DNA of 63,794 nt, the filler included, from Chiloscyllium plagiosum (Eukaryota): the NCBI RefSeq assembly GCF_004010195.1. It is 7 parts of one record of this genome, joined end to end, with 100 filler letters (N's around TTAATTAATTAA, not from the genome) between each part and the next. Parts side by side here need not be neighbours in the genome. Positions count along the whole stretch, not along the records: positions 18,888 to 30,902 come from NC_057715.1; positions 31,003 to 36,756 come from NC_057715.1; 5 more parts are not named here. One strand, written 5' to 3'. The notes under the pieces are model-generated. The model worked only from the letters and a program-made list of their open reading frames with translations, was not told the DNA's origin and made no database searches. Of this stretch, positions 24,481 through 36,329 are shown one piece after another (the stretch's first letter is position 1; each line of letters begins with the position of its first letter). The position numbers and the translations under genes are program-made.

Positions 24481-24879
24481 CCTCACCCACCAAAGGGAGC
24501 TCTGCTACTTGTCACTCATCATAATCCTGCAAAGCCTGATGTCGGTCAATTGGAATCAGCTGGCATGAACCTTGGGCACAGGTGGTAACAGACCAATTCC
24601 CTGTTACCTGAACAGTTCTATGTGACCATACAGTCTAAAAGTCCTTGAATATGTGAATTTGGGTCATACACTTCTGAGCCCCATCTTATGACATTATCAT
24701 GAGCTGCTTATACCGATCATCATACATGCTTTCCAATGTTGCCCAGATATAGTCTAACATATTCAACCCATGGGTATTCTGTACTTCCTTACATTCACAG
24801 GAATATTGACCAGGTCACAAACGACCAGAAACCCTCAGCTGTGAACAATCTGATTGTGGATAAATAAGGGGAGCTCAAT

Positions 24880-25450
24880 GCAGCCATGATAAGGGATGTC
24901 CAATATCTGTGAATACTGTAAACAGTTTGGCCCCTGAACTAAGGAAAGATATACTGGCATTGGAAGCAATACAGAGAAGCTTCACTAGGTTGATCCTGAA
25001 TATGAAGGGGTTAACTTATGAGGGCAGATTGAATAAGCTGTGCCTGTACTCACTGAAGATTAGAAGAATGATAGGGAACATTATTAAAATTGATAAGGTT
25101 CTTGGGGGAGACTGATAGGGTAGAATCGGAGACATTGTTTCCCCTGTGGGAAAGTTTAGAACCAGAGGCATAAGCTCAGAGGAAGGATTGCTAAGTCATG
25201 TCAGAGATGAGGAGGAATTTCTTCTCTCAGATAGAAGTGAATCTGAGGAATTCTTTACCACAGAGCACTGTACAGAATAGGCCATCAAAGCTGTGTTAGA
25301 AAGAATTTTAATCAATTGGGGATGCAGGATAATGGGAAAAAAGGCAGAAAAGTAGAATTGAGGATAACCAGATCAGCCATGATCTCATTGAGTGGTCGAG
25401 CAGACTCAATTGATTGAATGGCCTATTTTTGTTCCTACATCTTATGGTCC
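24880..25450 (+). mobile_element. CR1 3' fragment
   Basis: LRKDILALEAIQRSFTRLI...YEGRL and 3' UTR. Confidence 0.8.
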
Positions 25451-26094
25451 TGATGTGCCTTGAATGAACCCTGCACACCAAGAACTGTTTTCAGAGAGAC
25501 AGCCCAGAAGGGAAAATGGCACCATACAAGATCTGGCAATAACTAGACCTGGTCATCATGAGAAGGTATGATCTGTTCAGTATTCTCCATACCTCCACCT
25601 ACCACAGTGAAATTTGTAACAACAAGCATTTTATCAGCAGCAGAGTGAAATTGTATGCCTAAAGGTTTCACTGCTCCAAACATAATGGACCACCAACTTT
25701 CAATATCTCTTGGACAAGTTCTGATGCCAAATCACAGCACTTCCCACTCTCATTAGAACAACTACAATCTACCAAAGATTTACTGGGAAATGCTGATATT
25801 GGTATCAATGAAACCTGGAGGTCATTAAGTTCAATCACTCATGAATGAGCAAGGGCATCATTTGCGAAAGGTGGAACAAGAACTCTTATTTGAGACTAAC
25901 TCAAATAAGATGCCATTTACCATTGATGCAAAGCTAAATGTATCCAACAGTTAAAATATTTCACAACCTGAAAATTCTCAAGACATCCAGTACAAAAGAT
26001 TGAAAGATACTAAGCAAATAAATGCAGGATCAACTTATATCAATACATTCAATGTATTGAATGTGACAATGGAAATCTACTGAAGGAATATTTG

Positions 26095-26417
26095 GATGGC
26101 ACGGTGGCACAGTGGTTAGCACCGGTGCCTCACAGCGCCAGAGGCCAGAGTTCAATTCCTGCCTCGGCAACTGTCTTGTGAAGTTTGCATATTCTCCCCG
26201 TGTCTGTGTGGGTTTCCTCCGGGTGCTCTGGTTTCCTCCCACAGTCCAAAAATGTGCAGGTTAGGTGAATTGGCCATGCTAATTTGCCTAATTTGTGTTA
26301 GGTGAAGAGGTAAATGTAGGGGAATGGGTCTGTGTGGGCTGTTCTTTGGAGGGATCGATGTGGGCTTGTTGGGCCAAAGGGCCTGTTTCCACACTGTAAG
26401 TAATCTAATTTAATCTA
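26095..26417 (+). mobile_element. HE1-type V-SINE, full length
   Basis: A box tggcacagtgg, B box agttcaattcc, V domain and taatctaat tail. Confidence 0.9.
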
Positions 26418-26439
26418 AAAACAATTGCATGCAACTCAG

Positions 26440-26957
26440 GACTCCTTCCTATTGGGAAGATGTTGTGAAACTTGAAAGGGTTCAGAAAAGATTTACAAGG
26501 ATGCTGCCAGAGTTAGAGGATTTCCACTATAGGGAGAGGCTGAACAGGTTGGGGCTGTTTTCCCTGGAGTGTCGGAGGATGAGGGGTGACCTTATAGAGG
26601 TTTTCAAAATTATGAGGGGCATGGATAGGATAAATAGACAAAGTCTTTCCCAGGGGTTGGGGAGTCCAGAACTAGAGGACATAGGTTTACGGTGAGAGGG
26701 GAAAGATATAAAAGAGAGCAAAGGGGCAACTTTTTCACGCAGAGGGTGGTACGTGTATGGAATGAGCTACCAGAGGAAGTGGTGGAGGCTGGTACAATTG
26801 CAACATTTAAAAGGCATTTGGATGGGTATATGAATAGGAAGGGTTTAGAAGGATATGGGCTAAGTGCCGACAGGTGGGACTAGATTGGGTTGGGATATCT
26901 TGTCGGCATGGACAGGTTGGACCGAAGGGTATGTTTCCATGCTGTACATCTCTATGA
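26440..26957 (+). mobile_element. CR1 3' fragment
   Basis: DVVKLERVQKRFTRMLP and FFTQRVVRVWNELP. Confidence 0.9.
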
Positions 26958-27450
26958 ATTTATGTCTTTATGAAAGGATCAAGTGGGCACTTGGTCATAC
27001 CATGACCAAAGTTGCCCACCATCACACCACAACACCCAGATGGTGAACAGATGGTGAAGAATATATCACTGACAGAATATATCACTGTGCTGAACACTGA
27101 TGTGAGCTGTCATCCTGTATGCCAGATATCTCCCAGTCAATGTTACCACTAAGGTGCGCACTTGTGTGACAATGCAGCTACTCCAAAGGTCCACACATAG
27201 TGATTTACATATTGACTTACAGTTCACAGCATTCAATGTGGAAGGAATTGACTCATATATTAAATCAGACGGCAAGCTTACAATCTATCAAAATGGAAAA
27301 TGAAAATAAAAATATATCACATCTTGAGCTGAGATCTCCAAACTGATGATACTGTGTTGGTTGCCTACAAGGAAACTGATAGACCGCCTTTCCTATGTCT
27401 GTAAGGCAAGCCAGACAGAGAACAGCCAGGGTATTCCTAGAGGCATGGCA

Positions 27451-27724
27451 TTCATCCACAAACTCCATCAACAAACACATCGACCTGGACCCAACATTCA
27501 TCCACAAACTCCATCAACAAACACATCGACCTGGACCCAACATTCATCCACAAACTCCATCAACAAACACATCGACCTGGACCCAACATTCATCCACAAA
27601 CTCCATCAACAAACACATCGACCTGGACCCAACATTCATCCACAAACTCCATCAACAAACACATCGACCTGGACCCAACATTCATCCACAAACTCCATCA
27701 ACAAACACATCGACCTGGACCCAA
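27451..27724 (+). repeat. Perfect 46-bp tandem repeat, ~6 copies
   Basis: Unit ttcatccacaaactccatcaacaaacacatcgacctggacccaaca starts at 27451, 27497, 27543, 27589, 27635 and 27681. Confidence 0.97.
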
Positions 27725-27835
27725 TATACCAACCACTACAGCGGACAGCTGAAACTGACAACCGGAAGCGGCAGGGACAGACCACTATAAACACCGGAGG
27801 AAACATCAAAGAAGCGCTTCGCAGGAGGCTCCCAA

Positions 27836-27875
27836 GCACTGATGATGTCGCCTAGCCAGGGGACGAAACGTTTGC
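27836..27875 (+). ncRNA. Minimal type I hammerhead ribozyme motif (PLE-associated)
   Basis: gca-CTGATGA-t-gtcgcct(agcc)aggggac-GAAA-cg-TT-tgc: stem I gca/tgc, stem II and a palindromic acgt stem III. Confidence 0.7.
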
Positions 27876-28034
27876 AACAAAAACTTCCAGCTCGGCGAAC
27901 ACAACCACAACAGTAACTTGTTCTCTCAGACTATGAGCATCAAGGAAAGCACATCCACACTGGGTCAGGCACAATAATACCATGCTGAGAGTGGTTAGAA
28001 AATAACATCAACTGGATTCTTCAGACAAAGTTTG

Positions 28035-29135
28035 GGGCAGCATGTTGGCTCAGTGGTTAGTATTGCTGCCTCACAGTGCTATGATCCGGGTTTGATTCCA
28101 TCTTCAGGTGACTGTCTGTGTGGGATTGCTCCATAGAGTCATAGAGTCATAGAGATGTACAGCATGGAAACAGACCCTTCGGTCCAACCCGTCCATGCTG
28201 ACTAGATATCCCAACCCAATCTAGTCCAACTTGCCAGCACCCGGCCCATATCCCTCCAAACCCTTCCTATTCATATACCCATCCAAATGCCTCTTAAATA
28301 TTGCAATTGTACCAGCCTCCACCACACCTTCTGGCAGCTCCTTCCATACACGTACTACCCTCTGCGTGAAGACCCTTTGGTCTCTTTTATATCTTTCCCC
28401 TCTCACCCTAAACCTATGCCCTCTAGTTCTGGACTCCCCCACCCCAGGGAAAAGACTTGGTCTATTTATCCTATCTATGTCCCTCATAATTTTGTAAACC
28501 TCTATAAGGTTTATAGAGTCTCCCACGCTCCAGGAAAAACAGCCCCAGCCTGTTCAGCCTCTCTCTGTAGCTCAGATCTTCCAACCTTGGCAATATCCTT
28601 GTAAATCTTTTCTGAACCCTTTCAAGTTTCACAACATCTTTCTGATAGGAAGGAGACAAGAATTGCACGCAATATTCCAACAGTGGCCTAACCAATGTCC
28701 TGTACAGCTGCAACATGACCTCCCAACTCCTGTAATCAATACTCTGATCAATAAAGGAAAGCATACCAAACGCCTTATTCACTATCCTATCTACCTGTGA
28801 CTCCACTTTCAAGGAGCTATGAACTTGCACTCCAAGGTCTCTTTGTTCAGCAACACTCCCTAGGACCTTACCATTAAGTGTATAAGTCCAGCTAAGATTT
28901 GCTTTCCCAAAATGCAGCACCTCGCATTTTTCTGAATTAAACTCCATGTGCCACTTCTCGGCTGCATGGTTTCACCTCACAGTCCAAACATGTGCAGGTT
29001 AGATGCTTTGGCCACACTAAAATGCCTACAGTGTCCAGGGATATGCAGATTAGGTAGATTAGCGATTGGAAATGCAGGATTACAGGGATAGGATAGATCT
29101 GGGTGGACCTGTTGGCCTGCTCCAATCCTGTAGGG
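28035..29135 (+). mobile_element. V-SINE split by a CR1 3' fragment (CR1 at 28133-28960, minus)
   Basis: SINE head at 28035-28132 and remainder from ~28961. The CR1 encodes MEFNSEKCEVLHFG...LVRPLLEYCVQF. Confidence 0.8.
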
Positions 29136-29239
29136 ATAAGTTTATGGTTTAAGGCCTGTTCTCAGCAACTTGCTGTAGTTCTGCACTGGAAGACTTAGAG
29201 ATAACATTAATTACCTGCACATTATAGTTTTAAATTAAT

Positions 29240-30140
29240 TGTTTAAACTAATTCAGCAGAGGGAAGGGAACATAAATTGTAGTTCCAGAGTCCAGAAGGT
29301 TGAGAGTAGTAAGGTTAGAAATAAGATTTCAAGGTTGCAAGAGTGCACCAGCAAGCAGGCAGATAGTTTAAAGTGTGTCTACGTCAACGTCAGCAGTGTC
29401 TGGAATAAGGTGGGTGAACTGGCAGCATGGGTTGGTGCCTGGGACTTAGATGTTATGGCCATTTCGGAGATATGGATAAAGCAGGGACAGGAATGGCTGT
29501 TGCAGGTTCCGGGATTTAGATGCTTCAGTAAGAACAGAAAAGATGCTAAAAGAGAGGAAGGTGTGGCATTATTGGTCAAGGATAATATTAGGGTGGCAGA
29601 AAGGACGCTTGAAGACTCGTCTACAGAGATAAAATGGGCGGAAGTGAGAAACAGGAAAGGTGTGGTCACACTGTTGGGAGTTTTCTATAGGTCTCCGAAT
29701 AGATCCAGAGATGTAGAGGAAAGGATAGCAAAGATAATTTTAGATAGGAGTGAGAGTAACAGGGTAGTTGTTATGAGGTCTTTAACTTTCCAAATATTGA
29801 CTGGAAAAATTTTTGTTCAATGTGTGCAGGAGGGTCTACTGACACAGTATGTAGACAGGCCAACAAGGGGCGAAACCACATTAGATTTGGTACTGGGCCA
29901 AATGTTGGAGGTGAGTGAGCAATTTGGTGAGAGTGACCACAATTCGATTACTTTAGTGATGGAAAGGGATAGGTATACACCACAGAGCAAGAATTATAGA
30001 TGGGGAAAGGCAATTATGATGCGATTAGGCAAGATTTAGGGTGCACAGGATGAGGAAGGAAACTGCAGGGGATGGACACAATTGAAATATGAAGTTTATT
30101 CAAGGAACAGCCACTGCGTGTCTTTGACATGCATGTACCT
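29240..30140 (+). mobile_element. CR1 ORF2 APE endonuclease fragment
   Basis: LKCVYVNVSSVWNKVGEL, GVALLVKD, GVFYRSPN and SDHN. Confidence 0.9.
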
Positions 30141-30902
30141 AGAACATAGAACATAACAGCGAAATACAGGCCCTTTGGCCCTCGATGTTGCACCAACCAG
30201 TGGAAGCAATCTGAAACCTATCTATCCTACACTATTCCATTTTCATCCTTATATTTATCCAATAACCATGTAAATGCTCGTGAAGTTAGCGTGTCTATTA
30301 CTGTTGCAGGCAGGGTGTTTTACACTCTGAGTAAAGAAACTACCTTTGACATCTGTTCTATATCTATCAACCTCCAATTTAAAGCTATCACCTCATGCTC
30401 GCCATCACCATTTGAGGAAAAAGGCTCTCACTGTCCACCCTATCTAACCCTCTGATTATCTTATATGTCTCAATTAAGTCACCTCTCAACCTTCTTTCCT
30501 CTAACTAATAACAGCCTCAAGTCCATCATAAAACCTTCCCTCCAGACAAGGCAACATCCTAGTAAATCTGCTCTGAACCTTTTCCAAAGCTTCCACATCC
30601 TTCCTATAATGCGATGACCAGAACTGTACACAAAATTCCAAGCAGGGGCGCACCAGAGTTTGATACAGCTGCAGAGTTTGATATAGCCTTGTGGCTCCGA
30701 AACTCAAATCACTCTACCAATAAAAACTAACATATTGTATGCCTTCTTAAAAATCCTATCAACCTGGGTGGCAACTTTCAGGGATCTATGGACATGGACA
30801 CTGAGATCTCTCTGCTCATCTATACTACCAAAAATCTTACCATTAGCCCAGTACTTTGCATTCCGGTTACTCCGACCAAAGTGAATCACCTCACACTTGT
30901 CC
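30141..30902 (-). mobile_element. CR1 3' fragment
   Basis: IHFGRSN, EQRDLSVHVHRSLKV and LVRPCLEFCVQFWS. Confidence 0.88.
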
Positions 30903-31002
30903 NNNNNNNNNNNNNNNNNNNNNNNNNNNNNNNNNNNNNNNNNNNNTTAATTAATTAANNNNNNNNNNNNNNNNNNNNNNNNNNNNNNNNNNNNNNNNNN
31001 NN

Positions 31003-31697
31003 TGAGCAGAGAGATCTCGGTGTCCATGTCCATAGATCCCTGAAAGTTGCCATGCAGATTGATAGGGTTGTTAAGATGGCATATGGTGTGTTAGCTTTTA
31101 TTAGTAGAGGGATTGAGTTTCAGAACCATGAGGTCATGCAGCAGCTGTACAAATCTCTGGTGCGGCAGCACTTGAGTATTGTGTACAGTTCTGGCCACGG
31201 CATTATAGAAAAGATGTGGAAGCTTTGTATAGGATTCAGAGCAGATTTACTAGGATGTTGCCTGGTATGAAGAGAAGGTCTATGAGGAAAGGCTGAAGGA
31301 CTTGGGGCTGTTTTCATTAGAGAGAAGAAGGTTGAGAGGTGACTTAATTGAGACATTTAAGATAATCAGAGGGGCAGATAGGGTGGATAGTGAGAGCCTT
31401 TTTCCTTTAATGGTAATGGCTAGTATGAGGGGACATAGCTCTAAATTGAGGTGTGATAGATATAGGACAGATGTCAGCAGTAGCTTTTTTACTCAGAGAG
31501 TAGTCGGAGTGTGCAACACCCTGCCTGCAACAGTAGTAGATGCACCAACTTCAAGGGCATTTAAATGGTCATTGGATAAACAAATGGATGAAAATGGAAT
31601 AGTGGACGTTAGACGGACTTCAGATTGGCTCCCCAGGTCAGTCCAATATCGAGGGCCGAAGAGTCTATACTGTGTTGTAATGTTCTTTATTCTATGT
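31003..31697 (+). mobile_element. CR1 3' fragment
   Basis: GLFSLERRRLRGDLIETFKII and FFTQRVVG. Confidence 0.88.
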
Positions 31698-31995
31698 TAA
31701 AAATCACACAACACCAGGCCATAGTCCAACAGGTTTATTTGGAAGTACTAGCTTCCGGAGTGCTGCTCCTTCATCAGGTGATTGTGGAGTACAAGATTGT
31801 AAGACACAGAATTTATAGCAGAAGTTTACAGTGTGATGTAACTGAAATTATATATTGAAAAAGACCTGGATTGTTAGTTAAGTCTCTCATCTTTTAGAAT
31901 GACCATGTTGGTTTCAGTTCTTTCATATGTAAATCACAAAATGTTTTTAAAAGTTACATTCTCAAGTGAACTTTAACAATTGGTGCCATGTCGGC
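31698..31995 (-). mobile_element. PLE-type terminal repeat with a damaged hammerhead
   Basis: Minus strand reads cacctgatgaaggagcagcactccggaagcta (GAAA mutated), then aataaacctgttggactat. A related piece lies at ~7312-7395. Confidence 0.6.
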
Positions 31996-32058
31996 TCTCT
32001 GCTGCTCTTCTGCTCTCATTTTATTCAAATTTGCTACTTATTCTTCCTAGTTTAATTA

Positions 32059-34623
32059 CTTCACAACTTTAGTTTTTCCTTTGCCTGTATAGCATAAAGC
32101 ACAATTTCTGCTCTCTCCCTTCATGTTCATTTTCATTTTCAAAATCTTAATGAGACTATCCTTTCCATCACCCCCCGATTTACCAGGATTTACCTTTCTG
32201 TAGGATCCTGCTTCTAAACTGTTCAAATAAAGACCATCCCAACACAGTAATGTAGTTCCTTATCAGAGTCTTACAGTTTGGAATCACTATTTTCCGTACA
32301 ATTGGTTCTGCCTTGTATTCGCCTTAATTGTCAGCTCGTTTTCAAGCACTCTGTCTCTGAGTTAGAACGTCAATATATCTAAATATAATTCCAGGACTTG
32401 ATCACAAAATAAAGGCTGGCATATCCATGTTTTTCTGACAGAGTTTTATATTGCCAGAAGTTCTCTCTTTCAAATAAAATGTCAAATTGAGGCTATGCTT
32501 ACTGTTTTAGGTGGACACAAAAGGTCCCATGGCTCTACTGGAACAGTAGGGTTCCAGTGTCCTGACCAATATTTATCCCTCAACCAATGTCATACAGCAG
32601 ATTATTTGGTCAATCAGATTACAATCTGTGGAGGTTTACGATGTGCAATTTGGTTGCTGCATTTCCTTCATTGCAATAATGACCATATTTCAACATTATT
32701 CATTGACTGCAAATCACTGAAAGAAATCTGTTGATCATGGAGGGTACTCGATATGTGTAAGTCTTTCTTCCTTTTGTAATTTAATTATGTGAGTTTGCAC
32801 ATGGTTCTAAATGCAATCTAGATATTGAGATCTTATTGTTTCATTTAATTCGTACCTCTGGCATTCCGCAGACAGGCTTCTTCTGTGTTGTACTATTCTA
32901 TGATTCTGTTCTATCTCGAGTATGGATAACTCATTACTTGTTTCCTGTTGTTTGTGCACTGTAATGCTTATCTTCTTACCTTTATTTCTCTTTTTTTTCT
33001 AACTATACCATGTAAGTAATGTAACATTTTTCCTTTCTTCCCCCTTTATTTCTCTATATTGTATCTAAGTCCTATACCTAGGTATCTTGTAACTAAGATG
33101 GCACCACATGGGGCAACATTGGAAACATTTCACTGTACTCCTGTACTTCTATACTTGCGTACATGTGACAATAAAGGATATTTTATTTCCAGCCTCTTTA
33201 GGTTAATGATCTACAAGACCTGCTTGATCTAGTACGATAGAGGAAAACCACTCACTAGCCCTCTTGTATTGAAAAAGAAGTTAGAAACCATTTACAGATA
33301 TATTAGACATTTATACAGAAACTATGAGGAGGACCTCACAGTCTTTCACCATAGCGATCTGGAAATATTCTGCTCACAATTCATATTGCATCATCTTTGT
33401 TGGTTATGCTTAAGGCACTCCCTTTTCAGATCCTCACACAATTGTACAAATGCAAAATGAAAAACTTCAATAAAATACATTTTTTTTAACAGCAATTCTC
33501 AAGTTCTGTACTACTATGTTCTCCCACACTTTGTTCTCATATCCAAAGACAGGTGCTGGAGCTTATGCATTTCCTTACATCTAATTATAACTCATTCACA
33601 GCTCTGGCATTCCCTCCCCAAATCTCTTTGTCTCTTCACTCGCTCTTCCTTTAAGGTGCTATAAATCTTCTGTGTCTCTGCATTTCATCATTCCATTTTC
33701 TCTTAAGTTTGTTTAATTGTATTTAGGAATTTCATGTCACTTGCTAATTTGCAATTAGCCCTGTCTATCTCAGTGCTGCTTAGTATTACATATCAAAAAG
33801 ACGAGTGGTCCTGACAGCAACCAACTCAGCTGCTTCACTAAAGTCTGAAATATAATTGTTCACCATAATTATTCTCTAATTTCTGTCCGTTAGCCAATTT
33901 AATATCCATGCAGCCATTGCTCGTTTAAATTTTTCAACAATGTGAAATACTACTTGAAAGATGATCCAGAGGATCAACTGCACAAACTTCATCAAAAAAC
34001 TTAATCCTTTATGAAAGTCTGTCTTATTATCTTTAAAAGTTTCCCGTCATCAAGTTAGGCTAAGTCTCTCATTCCTGGGTTTAGCCCTCTCTCCTTTTCT
34101 TTAATATATGTAACATTTACAATCCTGCAATCCTCTTCATACAGTTATCATCAGCAGTGTCTCGATTTAACATCTTATTTGAAAGAGAGAACTTCTGGCA
34201 ACGTAACACTCTATTGGAAAAACATGGGTATGCCAGCCTTTATTTTGTGATTAAGTCCTGAAATTGTATTTAGACATATTAACCTTCTAACTCAGAGGCA
34301 GAGTGCTCACAAACGAACTGACAATTAAGGTGAACATAAAGCAGAACCAATTGTTTGGGAAATAGTGATTCCAAACTGTAAGACTCTGATAAGGAACTAC
34401 ATTACTGTGTTGGGATGGTCTTCGTTTGAACAATTTAGAAGCAGGATCCTACAGAAAGGATAAATAGGCTGGTCAAAAGAACTTTATACTAGTATATCAA
34501 GGGAGTGATGGAATGGATAGTCTCATTAATATTTTGAAAATGAACATGAAGGGAGAGAGCAGAATCATACTCAGAAATTGTGCTTTAAGCTTTACAGATA
34601 AAGGGAAAACTAAAGTTGTGAAG
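32059..34623. repeat. Inverted duplication: arms 32059-32499 and 34153-34623, spacer ~1.65 kb
   Basis: Manual reverse-complement alignment, roughly 85% identity by eye. A perfect 63-nt block pairs 32230-32292 with 34360-34422. Confidence 0.93.
32325..32770 (+). mobile_element. DeuSINE (SacSINE1-like), near full length, degenerate
   Basis: tRNA-like head agcactctgtctctgagttagaa, then gtcctgaccaatatttatccctcaacca and the Deu domain gtgcaatttggttgctgcatttcct. Confidence 0.7.
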
Positions 34624-34995
34624 GCAAATTGTGGTCAGAGCTTCTATAATTTTATAACATACTTCCTTCAGCAATTTAGATTACATCAGGTAACTTTCCT
34701 ACTTTGAGTGCTTCCAAGTTTTAAGTATCTCCACTATTCTATTTTCATCCTATCGAACTTCTCTACTACCTTTTCCTTTCTGTGACATTGGCAGTATCAC
34801 CTGTTTAGTGAAGACATATGGAATTTACTCATTTAGTACTCAACCATACTCCAACTTCTTTTTTATTGTCCCACATCAGCCACACTGTTCCTTTGATTAC
34901 CCAGTTATTATCTTTGTGTTGTCTTGTGTGCCGGCAAAATGGCAGCAGAGTAGGACTCTCCACCACTCTGTCTGTTCTTTTTCTTTTTTTTGGCT

Positions 34996-35149
34996 CATTT
35001 TAGCAGTCCTGGAGCAGCACGACGGGAAGTGTGCCCCAGAATACCGTGAAAGGACGGGTGTCCTGGAACAGCTTGAGGGAAAGTGTATCTTGGAACAGCA
35101 CAAGGGGAAAAGAGTTCTGGAGATTCATGAGAAGAAAAGTGAATCCTAG
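34996..35149 (+). repeat. Degenerate 27-bp tandem repeat, ~5 units
   Basis: Units gtcctggagcagcacgacgggaagtgt, gtcctggaacagcttgagggaaagtgt, atcttggaacagcacaaggggaaaaga and others. Confidence 0.75.
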
Positions 35150-35155
35150 TGCAGC

Positions 35156-35485
35156 ACAACTTATCTTGGTTCAGCTGAGTGTCTGGTGGAGTGGACTGGA
35201 GGCTTGGAATGGGGCAGGGTTGTTGTTGGAATGGGGCCTCCGTGGGCGGTCAGACAACATGCTGGTTCAGCTGCTGAAATGTAATATTGACCCAAAATTC
35301 TTTACATAGAACATAGAACAACAACTTATCTTGGTTCAGCTGAGTGTCTGGTGGAGTGGACTGGAGGCTTGGAATGGGGCAGGGTTGTTGTTGGAATGGG
35401 GCCTCCGTGGGCGGTCAGACAACATGCTGGTTCAGCTGCTGAAATGTAATATTGACCCAAAATTCTTTACATAGAACATAGAACA
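35156..35485 (+). repeat. Perfect 165-bp tandem duplication
   Basis: 35156-35320 is identical to 35321-35485. Confidence 0.92.
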
Positions 35486-36328
35486 ATACAGCACAGAACA
35501 GGCCCTTCGACCCACGATGTTGTGCCGAACATTTGTCCTAGCTTAAGCACCCATCCATGTACCTATCCATTTGCCGCTTAAAGGTCACCAAAGATTCTGA
35601 CTCTACCACTCCCACAGGCATCGCATTCCATGCCCCCACCACTCTCTGGGTAAAGAACCCACCCCTGACATCTCCCCTATACCTTCCACCCTTCACCGTA
35701 AATTTATGTCCCCTTGTAACACTCGGTTGTGCCCGGGGAAAAAGTTTCTGACTGTCTACTCTACCTATTCCTCTGATCATCTTATAAACCTCTATCAAGT
35801 CACCCCTCATCCTTCGCCGTTCCAACGAGAAAAGGCCGAGAACTCTCAACCTAGCCTCGTACGACTTCCTCTCCATTCCAGGCAACATCCTGGTAAATCT
35901 TCTCTGCAACCTCTCCAAAGCTCCCACATCTTTCCTAAAGTGAGGCGACCAGAACTGCACACAGTACTCCAAATGCGGCCTAACCAAAGTCCTGTACAGT
36001 TGCAACATCACTTCACGACTCTTGAATTCAATCCCTCTGCTAATGAACGATAATACTCCATAGACCTTCTTACAAACTCTATCCACCTGAGTGGCAACCT
36101 TCAAAGATCTATGTACATAGACCCCAAGATCCCTCTGTTCCTCCACCTGACTAAGAACCCTACCATTAACCCTGTATTCCGCATTCTTATTTGTACTTCC
36201 AAAATGGACAACCTCACACTAGGCAGGGTTGAACTCCATCTGCCACTCCTCAGCCCAGCTCTGCATCATATCTAAGTCCCTCTGCAGCCGACAACAGCCC
36301 TCCTCACTGTCCACAACTCCACCTATCT
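35468..36328 (-). mobile_element. Young 5'-truncated CR1 with an uninterrupted ORF2 C-terminus
   Basis: 202-aa open frame at 35538-36146 (LVRPHLEYCVQFWSPH...FFTQRVVGAWNAMP) and a (ttctatg)n tail. Confidence 0.92.
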
Positions 36329-36329
36329 G

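Larger units (their letters stand above)
25470..27360 (+). mobile_element. Ancient RTE-clade LINE relic, split by SINE and CR1 insertions
   Basis: tggcaccatacaagatctggcaataactagacctggtcatc resembles W.HPRSG.WH.LD.VI. tcagacggcaagcttac resembles RTDGKLFNL. Confidence 0.5.
27405..27912 (+). mobile_element. Penelope-like element 3' end (GIY-YIG C-terminus and terminal repeat with hammerhead)
   Basis: QARQRTARVFLEAWHS...SINKHIDLDPIYQPL. Homologous to 54889-55451. Confidence 0.8.

Noticed and set aside
26095..26165. tRNA genes at SINE heads
   Set aside because: A and B boxes are present but continue into the V domain and LINE-derived tail. These are SINEs, not tRNAs.
27451..27724. CRISPR-like array
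   Set aside because: The units are contiguous and identical with no spacers, there are no cas genes, and the context is a vertebrate genome.
27346..27855. Repeat-rich 169-aa and 131-aa ORFs as novel proteins
   Set aside because: They are artefacts of the stop-free 46-bp array within a PLE fragment.
30141..31697. Inverted CR1 pair across a gap as a twin-priming product
   Set aside because: Both halves have their own 3' tails and are clearly diverged, so they are more simply two independent insertions.
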